In this document: piece by piece, positions 49,287 through 60,426 of the stretch | Layout of the letters: each line of letters starts with the position of its first letter | How positions within the stretch are numbered: the stretch's first letter is position 1 | NCBI GenBank assembly: GCA_944392815.1 | Contig: CALXXY010000001.1 | Location: 128,001 to 192,000, forward strand | From: an uncultured Alphaproteobacteria bacterium | GTDB taxonomy: Bacteria > Pseudomonadota > Alphaproteobacteria > Rs-D84 | DNA: 64,000 nt | Direction of reading: 5' to 3' | Notes under the pieces: generated by a model | The model's input: only the letters and a program-made list of their open reading frames with translations | What the model was told of the DNA's origin: nothing | The model's database searches: none | Program-made: the position numbers and the translations under genes

Positions 49287-50606
49287 ATGAATAAATTACA
49301 AATTGAAAATTTGAAACTGGGTGATATCCACGCGTATAAAAACAACGCGAAAAAACACCCAGAATCTCAGGTGCAGCAGATTATATCTTCTATAACCAAG
49401 TTTGGTTTTAATAATCCAATATTAATCGATGAAAATAATGAAATTATCGCAGGTCATGGTCGTTTTATGGCCGCCCAGGTAATGAATCTGGAAACTGTTC
49501 CAACTGTAAAACTGTCACATTTAACGGATGCACAAAAACGTGCATATAGATTGGCCGATAACAAAATCGCTGAAAATGGTGGTTGGAATAAAGAATTGTT
49601 AAGTCTGGAAATCAAAGATTTGGAAAAGATATGCTTGAACGATAATTTTGTAATCCAAGATATTGGATTTAATGATGCGGAATTTGATTCTATCGTTAAT
49701 TTTACAGACACAAAACCAATCAATCCGAAAACCAATGCTGTTCCATTTATACCAGAAGATGAAATCATATCCAAACCTGGTGATATATGGCAATTAAGCA
49801 AACATCGCATAATCTGTGGTGACAGTTTAAACCCAGAAACATTTGCAAAACTGTTTGAAAATGATAAGGCAGATATGATTCTGCAAGATCCGCCATATAA
49901 TGTCAAAATAGATGGGCATGTATGTGGTTCGGGCATTATTAAACACAAAGAATTTGCAATGGCGTCTGGCGAAATGACCGCAGATGAATTCACGCAGTTC
50001 TTGATGAATAACTTCGCATTGTGTAAACAGTATTCTAATAATGGTTCCCTGCATTATAACTTTATGGATTGGCGTCATGTCTTGGAAATCACAACTGCGG
50101 GCAAGAACATATTTGATAAATTCATCAATATGTGTGTATGGGTAAAAACATCTGGTTGTATGGGCAGTTTATACAGAAGCCAACATGAACTATGTTTTAT
50201 ATTCCAAAACGGCAAAGGATCACATAATAACAATGTTCAACTTGGTAAATATGGCCGATACAGAACCAATGTATGGCAATATGCAGGCGTGAATACTTTT
50301 GGCAAACATAAACAAGACGGCATCATGCATCCAACGGTTAAGCCCATAGAGATGCTAAAAGATGCAATATTGGATGTATCAAAACGTGGTGATATTGTGT
50401 TGGACAGTTTTCTTGGCTCGGGTAGCACTTTAATTGCATGTCAACAATCTGGACGAATTTGTTATGGCATAGAATATGAACCGTTGTACATCGATACAAC
50501 AATACGCAGGTTTCAGAATTTATTCGGGATAGATGCGATAAATTTATCCATCGATAAAACATACAATGAAATATTGAAAGAGCATAAGGGGGGTAATAAT
50601 GTATGA
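49287..50606 (+). CDS. ParB-N-domain-fused DNA N6/N4 methyltransferase (phage type)
   Basis: FGFNNPILID..IIAGHGR...LADN; DPPY; HPTVKP; FLGSGST. Confidence 0.9.
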   Translation: MNKLQIENLKLGDIHAYKNNAKKHPESQVQQIISSITKFGFNNPILIDENNEIIAGHGRFMAAQVMNLETVPTVKLSHLTDAQKRAYRLADNKIAENGGWNKELLSLEIKDLEKICLNDNFVIQDIGFNDAEFDSIVNFTDTKPINPKTNAVPFIPEDEIISKPGDIWQLSKHRIICGDSLNPETFAKLFENDKADMILQDPPYNVKIDGHVCGSGIIKHKEFAMASGEMTADEFTQFLMNNFALCKQYSNNGSLHYNFMDWRHVLEITTAGKNIFDKFINMCVWVKTSGCMGSLYRSQHELCFIFQNGKGSHNNNVQLGKYGRYRTNVWQYAGVNTFGKHKQDGIMHPTVKPIEMLKDAILDVSKRGDIVLDSFLGSGSTLIACQQSGRICYGIEYEPLYIDTTIRRFQNLFGIDAINLSIDKTYNEILKEHKGGNNV

Positions 50607-50973
50607 TTATGAAATAGGATATGGTCGCCCACCAAAATCGACCAGATTTAAACCCGGTCAATCGGGTAACCCAAAGGGTCGTAAAAAGGGTTCTAAAAAC
50701 ACGTACAGCATATTACGTGATATATTGAATCAGAAAGTCACAGTAAATACGACTGACAAAGGTGCAATACAAATTACTAAACAACAAGCAATTTTATTGC
50801 AAGCAACTAATCAGGCGGTTTCTGGTGATATTAAAGCAATAACATTTGTTATGCCGTACCTGTTGAAGATGGACGAAAAAGAAGCAGAACGTAATACATT
50901 GAATAAACAATTAAATATTAATGATAAACAAATAATTGAAACATGGTTGAAGAACAATGGGACAAAACACTGA
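50599..50973 (+). CDS. DUF5681-like protein, probable small terminase
   Basis: GYGRPP..TRFKPGQSGNPKGR; overlaps terL. Confidence 0.75.
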   Translation: MYDYEIGYGRPPKSTRFKPGQSGNPKGRKKGSKNTYSILRDILNQKVTVNTTDKGAIQITKQQAILLQATNQAVSGDIKAITFVMPYLLKMDEKEAERNTLNKQLNINDKQIIETWLKNNGTKH

Positions 50974-52426
50974 TATTTTACTATCACTTTTGCGAACTGA
51001 TTTTAAATCGTTTTGTATAAAAGTGTTTAATACGATTTCAAGTGCAGACACATACATGGATAATTGGCATGTAGATGTGATTTGTAATGAAATCGAACAG
51101 ATGATCGATGGTAAGAATAACCGTTTGATAATAAATATTCCGCCACGTAATATGAAATCTATTATCTGTTCTGTTGCGCTACCGGCATTTTTGTTGGGGC
51201 TCGATCCATCAACAAGAATTATTTGTGTAAGTTATAGTGACGAATTGGTAAAAAAGCTATCCAATGATTGCAAAATGGTTATGACAAGTAGTTGGTATAA
51301 AGAACTATTTCCGCGTACAGTGATAGATTCAAAACATTGTTCAGCAACAAATTTTGGAACTACACGCAGTGGCGGTCGTTTTGCAACATCTGTTGGTGGA
51401 CCATTAACGGGTATAGGTGGCGATTGGATTATTATAGACGATCCATTAAAAGCCAGTGATGCATGTTCCGACACAGTAAGAGGAAAAGTAAATAATTGGT
51501 ATACCAATACATTGTATTCGCGTCTAAATAACAAAAACACAGGTCGTATTTTAGTTGTTATGCAACGTTTGCATGAAATGGATTTAACAGGATATTTATT
51601 ATCAAAAACACTTGGATTCAAACAAATTCGAATACCAATAATTGCAGAAGATGACGAGAATTGGTCTTTTACAGATAAATTTAATCGTAACCATAATATA
51701 AAACGCAAAAAAGATGAACTACTGCACCCCGCACGTGAAAATTTTGACGCGGTCACCGGTATGCGTAATATGATGGGAGAATTTGCTTTTGCCGGGCAAT
51801 ATCAACAACGCCCCGTTCCACAAGATGGTGGCATAGTAAAAAGGGGATGGTTGCATTATTATAATCAAGTGCCTAAAATATGGCGCATCATCATTTCTTG
51901 GGATACTGCCGCAAAAGCTGGTTCTGCAAATGCTTATTCGGCATGTTCGATTTTTGGAATATGTGACGGTGACAAGCCTGGTAAATACAACCGAAAAATC
52001 ATATTATTGGAAGTTCGCAGAATGAAGTTAGAATTTCCGGCTCTAGTGAACTTTATTGAAAGATTTCCAGAAGAAATTCGTGATAAATATCGACAATATT
52101 TTACCAACGATTGCGTCCAAGTTGAGACTATCATAGAAGATGCGTCATCTGGAACCGCCATAATACAATTTTTACAATCAAAAGGTATACGTGTCAGACC
52201 AATAAAGTCCGAAACAGATAAAGAGACCAGATTGACTGGCATCACGCATCTTTTAGAAAACGGAACCGTTTTATTACCAAATCAACAAAACGGTGACTTA
52301 GTTGATTTCTTTGATGAATTGTTTAAATTTCCAAATTCTACATTCAAAGACATGGTCGATTCTTTTTCTCAGGGCGTTCGATACATAGATGACTCCTACA
52401 TCTCCGGATCACGCGGGTATTTCTGA
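50957..52426 (+). CDS. Phage terminase large subunit
   Basis: INIPPRNMKS, IIIDDP, QRLH..DL, GQYQQ.P, SWDTA, D.VDS.SQ. Confidence 0.92.
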   Translation: MGQNTDILLSLLRTDFKSFCIKVFNTISSADTYMDNWHVDVICNEIEQMIDGKNNRLIINIPPRNMKSIICSVALPAFLLGLDPSTRIICVSYSDELVKKLSNDCKMVMTSSWYKELFPRTVIDSKHCSATNFGTTRSGGRFATSVGGPLTGIGGDWIIIDDPLKASDACSDTVRGKVNNWYTNTLYSRLNNKNTGRILVVMQRLHEMDLTGYLLSKTLGFKQIRIPIIAEDDENWSFTDKFNRNHNIKRKKDELLHPARENFDAVTGMRNMMGEFAFAGQYQQRPVPQDGGIVKRGWLHYYNQVPKIWRIIISWDTAAKAGSANAYSACSIFGICDGDKPGKYNRKIILLEVRRMKLEFPALVNFIERFPEEIRDKYRQYFTNDCVQVETIIEDASSGTAIIQFLQSKGIRVRPIKSETDKETRLTGITHLLENGTVLLPNQQNGDLVDFFDELFKFPNSTFKDMVDSFSQGVRYIDDSYISGSRGYF

Positions 52427-52595
52427 TGCCTACAATTATTAAAAAACCATTGAATGTGCAAAATTCTCTATCTGAATCCTATTTTATGTAAAATCTTTCT
52501 GGGACCCCACCGGGTCCACGTATATCTATTACTCTGCCAAATAAATTTAGCAATGATCTATGATGGTGTAATTGCCACTAAACATTAGGTTTATT

Positions 52596-53219
52596 TTAAG
52601 CAATCCATTTTGACTGTTTATCCATATATAGTGGTTCAAGATTGCGCCTAAATTCTTCAACAATATTACGGATTTCTTTATTGATCTTATCATCAGGATT
52701 GATTTTATCAGCTTTCGTTTCGCAAAATATTAAATCATATAACGGTTTGTATTCAGGAATGTCCTTACCATAATATAAATTTTTGGAAGCTTGCATAATC
52801 ACCGAGTTATAATTAGTCAATTTAAGCATAGCCGCCATGATTCCGTTACCCCAATACATATAAGCATTGTTTTGTAAAGAACGCAACCTATCTATAATAT
52901 CTTGCTGTGTTATCAATCGGTGATGCGGAACAAGATAGTTTATTCTTTCTGGATGTATATCTACCTTGCCAGGATTTGTAATTGCTTCTGATTTAATCCA
53001 CTCTAGAGTCTCATCATGCTCTGTTTGGGCTATCATGGGCATTCTAACATGTATGTATAAATCCTGGATATCGTAAACAGCGCGCATAATTTCAGCAGCA
53101 AGTTCAATTTTCTTTTTACCAATAAATTCCCGCTTCCAAGTATATAAAGCAACCACGGCGAGAATGGGTGTAATAACAGAAGCAATTGCAGAAATAATAC
53201 TATAAATATTGCAAGTCAT
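52596..53219 (-). CDS. Hypothetical protein with an N-terminal TM helix
   Basis: Long ORF directly downstream of the RM genes. Confidence 0.6.
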   Translation of the reverse strand: MTCNIYSIISAIASVITPILAVVALYTWKREFIGKKKIELAAEIMRAVYDIQDLYIHVRMPMIAQTEHDETLEWIKSEAITNPGKVDIHPERINYLVPHHRLITQQDIIDRLRSLQNNAYMYWGNGIMAAMLKLTNYNSVIMQASKNLYYGKDIPEYKPLYDLIFCETKADKINPDDKINKEIRNIVEEFRRNLEPLYMDKQSKWIA

Positions 53220-53235
53220 CGATATCACCCGTTGT

Positions 53236-54399
53236 TTATTTTAAACGATCAAACACATAATCAACAGGAGATTCGTATTTATTCGGCATCATAGATGATA
53301 CAAATCTTCTAACTTCCGGACGAGAATTTAACATATTCTCTATGATATGACGTTGCAAATCAGGAAACGCCCTGTGTGGTGCTAAAGCTCTGTGACATAC
53401 TGGACATAATTTTACCAAATTATCCAGTACATCAACCGCATCAGAATCATTAGCATATGCAATAACATGATTTACTTCAAAATAATATCTATTGTTTCGT
53501 GGCATCAGGAATGAACGATCTTTGATATCATACCGATCACCACAACCAACGCATACATCCGCGAAAGTTTCTCTTGCGAATGCAACAATTTTTTGATTTC
53601 TGATAGAAAATTTATTTTCTGGCACCACATCAATTGGTTCACGAAATTCAAGATCTTGTCTTAAGGCGTTTATTTCATTTGGCGTCAACTCTCTGCCAAG
53701 AATCTTTTGACGATAAAAAATCAGACGTTCTTCAAACATGTGATACGCATGAACTTCACCCAAATTTCTTATATTTACTCTTAAGACATCTGTTTTATAT
53801 TTATTTATATTCGGGTATCTAGTTATTACGTTTTCGTAAAACCATTTCAAATTTATTCTAATTTGAGTATTTCTCTCCCTTTCTCCTGTGGCAAACTGCG
53901 GTTGTAATTCTCTAAAGTTTAGGTTCAAACGTTCTATCAAATTATTTGAAGACAATAACAGTTTAAAAATATTGTCTACATATCGTGGAGTAGGATTTTT
54001 AAGATCCAACGCATATAAGCCACGATTAAAATCTGCGCTTCCACGCAACAAAAACATTGCCAGAGCAACTTCTTCATCTAGTGGGTAATTAACTGGCAAT
54101 TTATTCAATAATACGATGATTTTTTCATAAATAGCATTCAGAAAATCATCCAATGATATGCGTTTGTCATTGACGACAGTTGCAGCTATGGTTGTTGCGT
54201 TTATTTGAACAAAATCAATTCCATATTTACGAGTCAGCGCTTGAGCTGTTTTCTTATGTGAATCCGCTGGCAAAGGTAAAAACTTCGTTATTCTGTACCT
54301 GGATTGAATTTCAAAATTTCCGTTTTTTTCATCGGCAGCATTGAAAAACGCTACGAAAAGAGTTTCTATCGGCATTTGTAATAATTGACCTATATTCAT
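53236..54399 (-). CDS. HNH restriction endonuclease (Type IIS, MnlI/HpyAV-like)
   Basis: C-terminal CVGC...EVNH...DNLVKLCPVCH; downstream of two MTases. Confidence 0.75.
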   Translation of the reverse strand: MNIGQLLQMPIETLFVAFFNAADEKNGNFEIQSRYRITKFLPLPADSHKKTAQALTRKYGIDFVQINATTIAATVVNDKRISLDDFLNAIYEKIIVLLNKLPVNYPLDEEVALAMFLLRGSADFNRGLYALDLKNPTPRYVDNIFKLLLSSNNLIERLNLNFRELQPQFATGERERNTQIRINLKWFYENVITRYPNINKYKTDVLRVNIRNLGEVHAYHMFEERLIFYRQKILGRELTPNEINALRQDLEFREPIDVVPENKFSIRNQKIVAFARETFADVCVGCGDRYDIKDRSFLMPRNNRYYFEVNHVIAYANDSDAVDVLDNLVKLCPVCHRALAPHRAFPDLQRHIIENMLNSRPEVRRFVSSMMPNKYESPVDYVFDRLK

Positions 54400-54410
54400 A
54401 ACAATCCCCA

Positions 54411-55151
54411 CTAAATATCATTAAAAATTCTTTTATATGACATGTTGTAGAATTTTTCATCCAATTCTACACCTATAAAGTGTCTGTTTTGACGGACACA
54501 TGCAATACCTGTACTGCCACTACCCATAAATGGGTCTAACACCAAATCCCCGGGGTTTGTTAAGGTTTTTACAAGAAATTCCATCAAACATACAGGCTTC
54601 TGGGTTGGGTGCCCCAATCTTTCTTTTCCACTTGGCGATGGGCATTTGATCTCTGGTCTTAAATATGAGCCACTAGTATTATTAAATGTCCATTTCTTTT
54701 TGCCTTTGACACACCATATTGCCAATTCATAATCAGCAACGAACCGACTGGACATATTACGTGGCATTGGATTTGGTTTAATCCACCTTATCAAGTCTTT
54801 TACAGAGTATCCATGTTGCTCTAACGTTTTTGCTATGGTTCCGATATTCAAAAAACTATTAAATATAACGATATTACCGCCGTCTTTTAATAATGTATCA
54901 GCAATATCTAACCAAGATAATAAGTCAAAGCCTTTATCCCATTCACCAAAATCCACCCCCTGTCTTTTAGCAGATTTCATTGTTCCAAAATTATTGCTCT
55001 TAGATATGTTATATGGTGGATCTGTAATAATAGCATCAACTTTTATGCCTTTCTTAGCTAAATCGGTCATAGCAATCAAACAGTCTCCGTGTATAAGTTG
55101 AACGGATTCTTTGTTGAGTAAGCCATTAAAATCCATCTGACTATTATTCAT
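54411..55151 (-). CDS. DNA amino-methyltransferase (beta class)
   Basis: DPPY...HPTQKP...DPFMGSGST. Confidence 0.92.
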   Translation of the reverse strand: MNNSQMDFNGLLNKESVQLIHGDCLIAMTDLAKKGIKVDAIITDPPYNISKSNNFGTMKSAKRQGVDFGEWDKGFDLLSWLDIADTLLKDGGNIVIFNSFLNIGTIAKTLEQHGYSVKDLIRWIKPNPMPRNMSSRFVADYELAIWCVKGKKKWTFNNTSGSYLRPEIKCPSPSGKERLGHPTQKPVCLMEFLVKTLTNPGDLVLDPFMGSGSTGIACVRQNRHFIGVELDEKFYNMSYKRIFNDI

Positions 55152-56211
55152 CTTCAGCTTTTATTATCTCTTGTGCTATTGCGTTGGCTAATCTAGGCGG
55201 CACAGCATTGCCAATCTGTTTTATTATAGACGATTTATTGCCATAAAAGACAAAGTCATCTGGAAATGATTGGATACGCGCTGCCTCTCGCGGCGTTATA
55301 GACCTGTTCAAAAACGGGTGATTATTACGACCATTTGATGGCGTATCAAATCTGGTAACGATGGTAGGTGACGGTTTGTCTTTTTCAAGACGCCCCCATG
55401 TTCCACCAAATGTAGATTTAGTCAAATGCTCTTTTGGTAAAAACTCTTTGCCTTTTTCTGGTGGAATTAAAGATAACCTGTATATGGCTACATCTGAATG
55501 CTTTGTCGCCACATGATTATACAATTTCTTGCTGTTTTTGCGAAGCTCTTTTTGATAATCACTTTGTGCAGCATTTCTATATTCTGAAATAAAATCTCCT
55601 TCACCAGATTCTAGATAAGCTAAATCTGAAATGGCGTCCCAAACCGAAACCTGTCTTGCTTGTAAATTTTGAACAGGTAGTTTGATTTCGCCCCTTTTTG
55701 TACCTATAAATACAGCTCTTCTTCTGGTTTGTGGTACGCCAAAGTATCGGGCATCCAATACCCCATAATTAACAGTATACCCTTGTCTGTGCGCTTCCTT
55801 CAAAATAAGTTTCAGGAAATAACCATTTTCTGTACCAAGTATACTTGCAACGTTTTCAATGACAAAATATTTTGGATTAAAGAACTTAGTATATCTAAAA
55901 AATTCTTTGAACAAAAAGTTTCTCTCATCTTCTCTGCCAAGACATTTACCACGTGTTGAAAAACCCTGACATGGGGGCCCCCCAACGATGATATCAATTT
56001 TTGCGTCTATTTGTTTTGCGATATCTTTTATATCTAACTTACAAATATCGCCTATAAATACCTTTGCATTTGGATTGTTTTTAGCATATGAAGCCGCTAT
56101 CGTTGGGTCCCACTCCAACCCAGCGACAACATTAAAACGACCAGTCTGTTCAAAACCAAGACTCAAACCGCCAACACCGCAAAACAATTCAAACAAATTG
56201 AGTTTTTTCAT
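55144..56211 (-). CDS. DNA (cytosine-5)-methyltransferase
   Basis: LFCGVGG, GGPPCQGFS, ENV, QTRRR, QIGNAVPP. Confidence 0.96.
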   Translation of the reverse strand: MKKLNLFELFCGVGGLSLGFEQTGRFNVVAGLEWDPTIAASYAKNNPNAKVFIGDICKLDIKDIAKQIDAKIDIIVGGPPCQGFSTRGKCLGREDERNFLFKEFFRYTKFFNPKYFVIENVASILGTENGYFLKLILKEAHRQGYTVNYGVLDARYFGVPQTRRRAVFIGTKRGEIKLPVQNLQARQVSVWDAISDLAYLESGEGDFISEYRNAAQSDYQKELRKNSKKLYNHVATKHSDVAIYRLSLIPPEKGKEFLPKEHLTKSTFGGTWGRLEKDKPSPTIVTRFDTPSNGRNNHPFLNRSITPREAARIQSFPDDFVFYGNKSSIIKQIGNAVPPRLANAIAQEIIKAEDE

Positions 56212-56475
56212 TATTCCTTCCGATAGAAAAACTATACAAGAATTTTACAAACAAAATCAAGGCGATTTACAACTTTCTATAAGCCCTATTTTTACCCAAT
56301 GTTACTATTCGGAACACTTTAAGGTACAATAAATCGCAAAATCTGTGAATGTTATCCAAATAGGGGTGGATAGTCATTTCTTTTATATATCAGACATTTT
56401 GTGTAATAGAGTTTTATCAACTTGACTTTCTGCGCTTTGTAAGCAGTAATTGCACAACCTTAAAAGGATGTGATT

Positions 56476-56913
56476 ATGGCAAAAATTGAATTACCGACGA
56501 CATTGGATGAATTACGTGCGATGTCGTTCGCAGATCGGGTGGCATTATGGGCAAAATACAGTCCATATCCGTTTAAACGGCAAATGCGGTCGCTTTGGTA
56601 TTATATTCAATGTGACCGCCTAAACCTGCGAATTGAGCATAAATATCTAGTAAAAATCCGCAAATACAAAGATGAACCAGAAAAATGCTTAACCAGTGTT
56701 CAAAAAAACAAATATAACTTTGTTCCTGGCACAATTCTGACCCGATATTTCAAGGGCATAAAACACACCATCTTAGTCAATGATGATGGCAGTTTTTCTT
56801 ATAACGGCGATAAATATTCCACATTGTCGGGGGTAGCAACTAAAATTGCTGGTATGAAAATGTCTGGCAACTTCTTTTTTGGTATAAACAAAAGGTACAA
56901 ACATGACAATTAA
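56476..56913 (+). CDS. DUF2924-like protein
   Basis: PGTILTRYFKG..H...F.YNG..YSTLSGVA..I.G...SG..FFG; coupled to the recombinase. Confidence 0.75.
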   Translation: MAKIELPTTLDELRAMSFADRVALWAKYSPYPFKRQMRSLWYYIQCDRLNLRIEHKYLVKIRKYKDEPEKCLTSVQKNKYNFVPGTILTRYFKGIKHTILVNDDGSFSYNGDKYSTLSGVATKIAGMKMSGNFFFGINKRYKHDN

Positions 56914-58492
56914 GTGCGCAATTTATACGCGTAAATCAACAGAACACGGACTTGAACAAGAATTTAATTCTCTGCAAAACCAAGAAGAGTCCTGCAAAGC
57001 ATATATTGCATCGCAATCCTTCAACGGCTGGCAATATTATAAAACATACAGCGATGCGGCGATATCTGGTGGGACTATGGAACGCCCGGCACTAAAACAA
57101 ATGTTGGATGATATGGCACACGGTTTAGTAAATACGGTGGTCGTTTACAAAGTTGATCGATTATCGCGTTCAATCTTGGATTTCCACAATATGATGAAAT
57201 ATTTTGAAAGATACGGTGCAAATTTTGTATCCATTACTCAGTCATTTGATACCAGTACATCAATGGGGAAACTGACACTGAATATGTTGCTGTCATTCGC
57301 CCAATTTGAACGCGAGGTGTCATCGGAACGTGTGCGTGATAAAATCCGTGCTAGTAAGGCCAAGGGTCTGTGGATGGGCGGTAATCCGCCACTGGGGTAT
57401 GATGTGATAGATAAAAAGTTGATCCCGAACACGGCTGAGGCCACAAACGTTCGGAAACTTTTTGAAAAGTATCTGGAACTGCAATCTGTAAATGCATTAA
57501 CAGAATATGTCGCGGCGCACAAAATATATGCCAAACAATGGACAACCGCCAAAGGTATTATCAAAGGTGGTCGTCCCATTGCAAAAATGAGTATGCACCG
57601 TATCCTGCGGGATAAGATTTACATCGGTCAAATTGAAAACAAAAAAGAAGGCACTTTTGCCAAAGGCGAACACGAACCAATAATTCCCGAAGAACTGTTT
57701 AATCGTGTTCAGGTTGCGCTGGCTAATAATTCCAACAACAAATCACCCAGCACGCGTGCACCGAATATACTAACTGGCAAACTGTTTAATCATAATGGTG
57801 TTAAATTTATAAATCAACGCACAAGTGGTAAAGGCAAAAAGACCGCGTATTATTATGCAACCAAAGGCTTCTATCTGACCGCGACACGCGTGGATGCAAT
57901 CGCCATAAAAACAATAACGGATTTTCTGAATAGCGATATGTCGAATTTGCCTATAAACTTGGCCACCATATTAAAACGAATTGATATTACAAATATGACA
58001 TATACACAAAAACGAGATTTGATTCAATCGCTGGTTGAAAAGGTTGTATATTCGCAGGAACAATTGATTTATACGCTTACGACCGATGCTACAAAATTGC
58101 AACAATTTGTATCCGAAAATTATGTAAATCAAAATACAGATAAAATGGAATACATAATTGGAGACAATAGCGTCACAATTACCGAAAAAGTATTTCTTCG
58201 TAAATATGTGAATACAGTATACGACCGTGGCAAAAATGGGGTATTAAATGTCACCGACAACAACCATCTGATTCTGAAAGCCTTTGCCACCGCATGGAAA
58301 TATCGTGAATTATACGAACAAGATGGTAATGTAGATAATATTATTCGCTACCTGCACACTTCGCCACGCCAATTCTACCGTTATCTGGGCATCGCATACA
58401 TGACCCCAGACAATGTCAACGAAATCTTGTCTGGGAAATTAAAAATTAATGTTAATGATTTATTTCGGATTGCGAGAGAAAACGATTTTTAA
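56903..58492 (+). CDS. Large serine recombinase (integrase)
   Basis: CAIYTRKST, SGG.MERPAL, DRLSR, AQFERE, GGNPPLGY recombinase domain. Confidence 0.95.
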   Translation: MTIKCAIYTRKSTEHGLEQEFNSLQNQEESCKAYIASQSFNGWQYYKTYSDAAISGGTMERPALKQMLDDMAHGLVNTVVVYKVDRLSRSILDFHNMMKYFERYGANFVSITQSFDTSTSMGKLTLNMLLSFAQFEREVSSERVRDKIRASKAKGLWMGGNPPLGYDVIDKKLIPNTAEATNVRKLFEKYLELQSVNALTEYVAAHKIYAKQWTTAKGIIKGGRPIAKMSMHRILRDKIYIGQIENKKEGTFAKGEHEPIIPEELFNRVQVALANNSNNKSPSTRAPNILTGKLFNHNGVKFINQRTSGKGKKTAYYYATKGFYLTATRVDAIAIKTITDFLNSDMSNLPINLATILKRIDITNMTYTQKRDLIQSLVEKVVYSQEQLIYTLTTDATKLQQFVSENYVNQNTDKMEYIIGDNSVTITEKVFLRKYVNTVYDRGKNGVLNVTDNNHLILKAFATAWKYRELYEQDGNVDNIIRYLHTSPRQFYRYLGIAYMTPDNVNEILSGKLKINVNDLFRIARENDF

Positions 58493-58497
58493 TGAAA

Positions 58498-60426
58498 TTA
58501 TTTTTTTAGGATATTGTAATATTGATCCTCAAGATATTGTATGCCATCTTCTTTATCAATATGACTATTTAACATTTGTTTCATGTTAAATAAAGCTTGC
58601 TCGTTTTCATTTAAAATATCAGCCCATGTTTTTATATATAATCTTTTATTTGGTGTGTCTTGTACACCATAATTTATAAAACCTGTTTTCTTATTTTCTA
58701 TTTCTTTTTGAGCTTCCAGTTTAATTTTAGAAGAAACCACAATTATATCCATTTCGTATTTATCAAACTGAGCATTTGACGTAATAGTGTTGTAGTATTT
58801 TTTAATTTGAGTAACTTCATCAAATCCTATATCAACACTAGGTCTTTTCAACTCAACTATTAGTGCTTTCGGAGCATCGCCAGAAAAACCTTTTCTAGCA
58901 AAAAATAAATCGGGTATATACTCTCCTCCAACAATATCACCCTGACAAGCAAAATCTTTTAAACTATCGCGCAATTCTTTTATAATCGTGCTAAAAGCAT
59001 TATCCGAAGCTAAAAAATTAAACCTTTCGCCAAAAATCCACGTTTCATTTTCAATAATTTTATGTAATTGGGAACGTTCTTTTATGTTTTTTAAATCACC
59101 ATATGCTATTTGCCTTAATCCCTCTAAAAATTTTAATCTGCGTTGTATTGTTGAAGCGGTTTTGATTATTGAATTTAAAGATACCTCTTTTAGTAAATCA
59201 GAAAAATCTTGCATTTCTTCAGCGGTTAAATCCATCAGTTTTTCCAATACGTCTTTAAAATTTTCAGGATCTTTTTGTATAACTAATTGAATAGTATTAA
59301 CAATGCCCTTTCTGATATATTGCGGTGTAGAACTTTTAAATACTGATGGACGAGTAGTATTTAGTTTTATTAGAATTTTATCATAAATACGTTTAGTCTG
59401 TTCTTCTGATACGGTTAGTTCACTATCATCATCGTACGGATAAATTCCGTCTCGCTTAAGGATCTGGATAATGTCTTCGGATTTTTGCTTATTATGATTG
59501 AAAACAAAAGCATTTTTCATTTCAATCGCTTGGTTTTTTATATAAGATAATTCTGGGTCTAAATTAGCAACACCTAAACGATTTTCTTTATACGCATTGG
59601 CAACCCTATCTGCTGCTACATACACAGAGTGATTTGACGTTTTCTTGCTATCATCCAATTTATCTTCCAATAGAGTATTCCAACTTGAATCACACCAAAA
59701 CAAACGATTATTTTCTGGAGTAGTGGTTTTCCAAACAATCGTCTTCATTTTTACATCTTCATTTGGATTTGGCAAATTGCTAATATCACTTGTAGCTTCA
59801 ATATGATCAGAAATATCTAGCAGGACACCGTTTAATGTTACAGATATTCGTTTATCTTCAAGAATAGTAACAAAAAAACGTTCTAAGGTTTCTTTTAAGT
59901 CTTGTTGTGATGGAATTTTTATAGTTTTCCCATTTGCATATGCTGTAAAAATAGTCCCTGTAATTGTTTTTATATCAGAAACATCCGCATCGTCTTCTAT
60001 TTCTGGTTTTAAAGGATCATTGATATTTATAGTAACTCTTGTAGAATCTTTGTCTGTTTTGGTTTTCCATTCTACAATATTACCTAAAGCAAAACTTTTA
60101 AATCTACCTTGTCCATTACGTCCATGTACCAATCGATGGAAATCGTTTGTTTGTCCGAGCCTTTTGTTTGACTTTCCGAGAGTTAGAAAGGGGTCAACTT
60201 CTGTGTCCTCGTTTGGTTTATAAAAACCCTTACCATTATCTATAACTGTGATTTTATCGACCACCTTTAATTCATTCATGTAGATATTTATATCGATCTT
60301 GCTTGCAGATGCATCTAACGAATTATAGATTATTTCTTCAAGAGCCTCAACTGGATTTAAATTGCTATAATTAGTGTTAATTAATTTAGGATTGGTTCGT
60401 ACATTAGCAGTTCGTATCTTTGGCAT
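58498..60426 (-). CDS. GHKL/MORC-type ATPase fused to a PD-(D/E)xK nuclease
   Basis: EIIYNSLDA, DNGKG, GRNGQGRF, TGT; C-terminal PDLF...IVELKRP...QI.KY. Confidence 0.8.
   Translation of the reverse strand: MPKIRTANVRTNPKLINTNYSNLNPVEALEEIIYNSLDASASKIDINIYMNELKVVDKITVIDNGKGFYKPNEDTEVDPFLTLGKSNKRLGQTNDFHRLVHGRNGQGRFKSFALGNIVEWKTKTDKDSTRVTININDPLKPEIEDDADVSDIKTITGTIFTAYANGKTIKIPSQQDLKETLERFFVTILEDKRISVTLNGVLLDISDHIEATSDISNLPNPNEDVKMKTIVWKTTTPENNRLFWCDSSWNTLLEDKLDDSKKTSNHSVYVAADRVANAYKENRLGVANLDPELSYIKNQAIEMKNAFVFNHNKQKSEDIIQILKRDGIYPYDDDSELTVSEEQTKRIYDKILIKLNTTRPSVFKSSTPQYIRKGIVNTIQLVIQKDPENFKDVLEKLMDLTAEEMQDFSDLLKEVSLNSIIKTASTIQRRLKFLEGLRQIAYGDLKNIKERSQLHKIIENETWIFGERFNFLASDNAFSTIIKELRDSLKDFACQGDIVGGEYIPDLFFARKGFSGDAPKALIVELKRPSVDIGFDEVTQIKKYYNTITSNAQFDKYEMDIIVVSSKIKLEAQKEIENKKTGFINYGVQDTPNKRLYIKTWADILNENEQALFNMKQMLNSHIDKEDGIQYLEDQYYNILKK

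Noticed and set aside
49287-52426. Complete prophage
   Set aside because: No portal, capsid, tail, lysis or replication genes within the island
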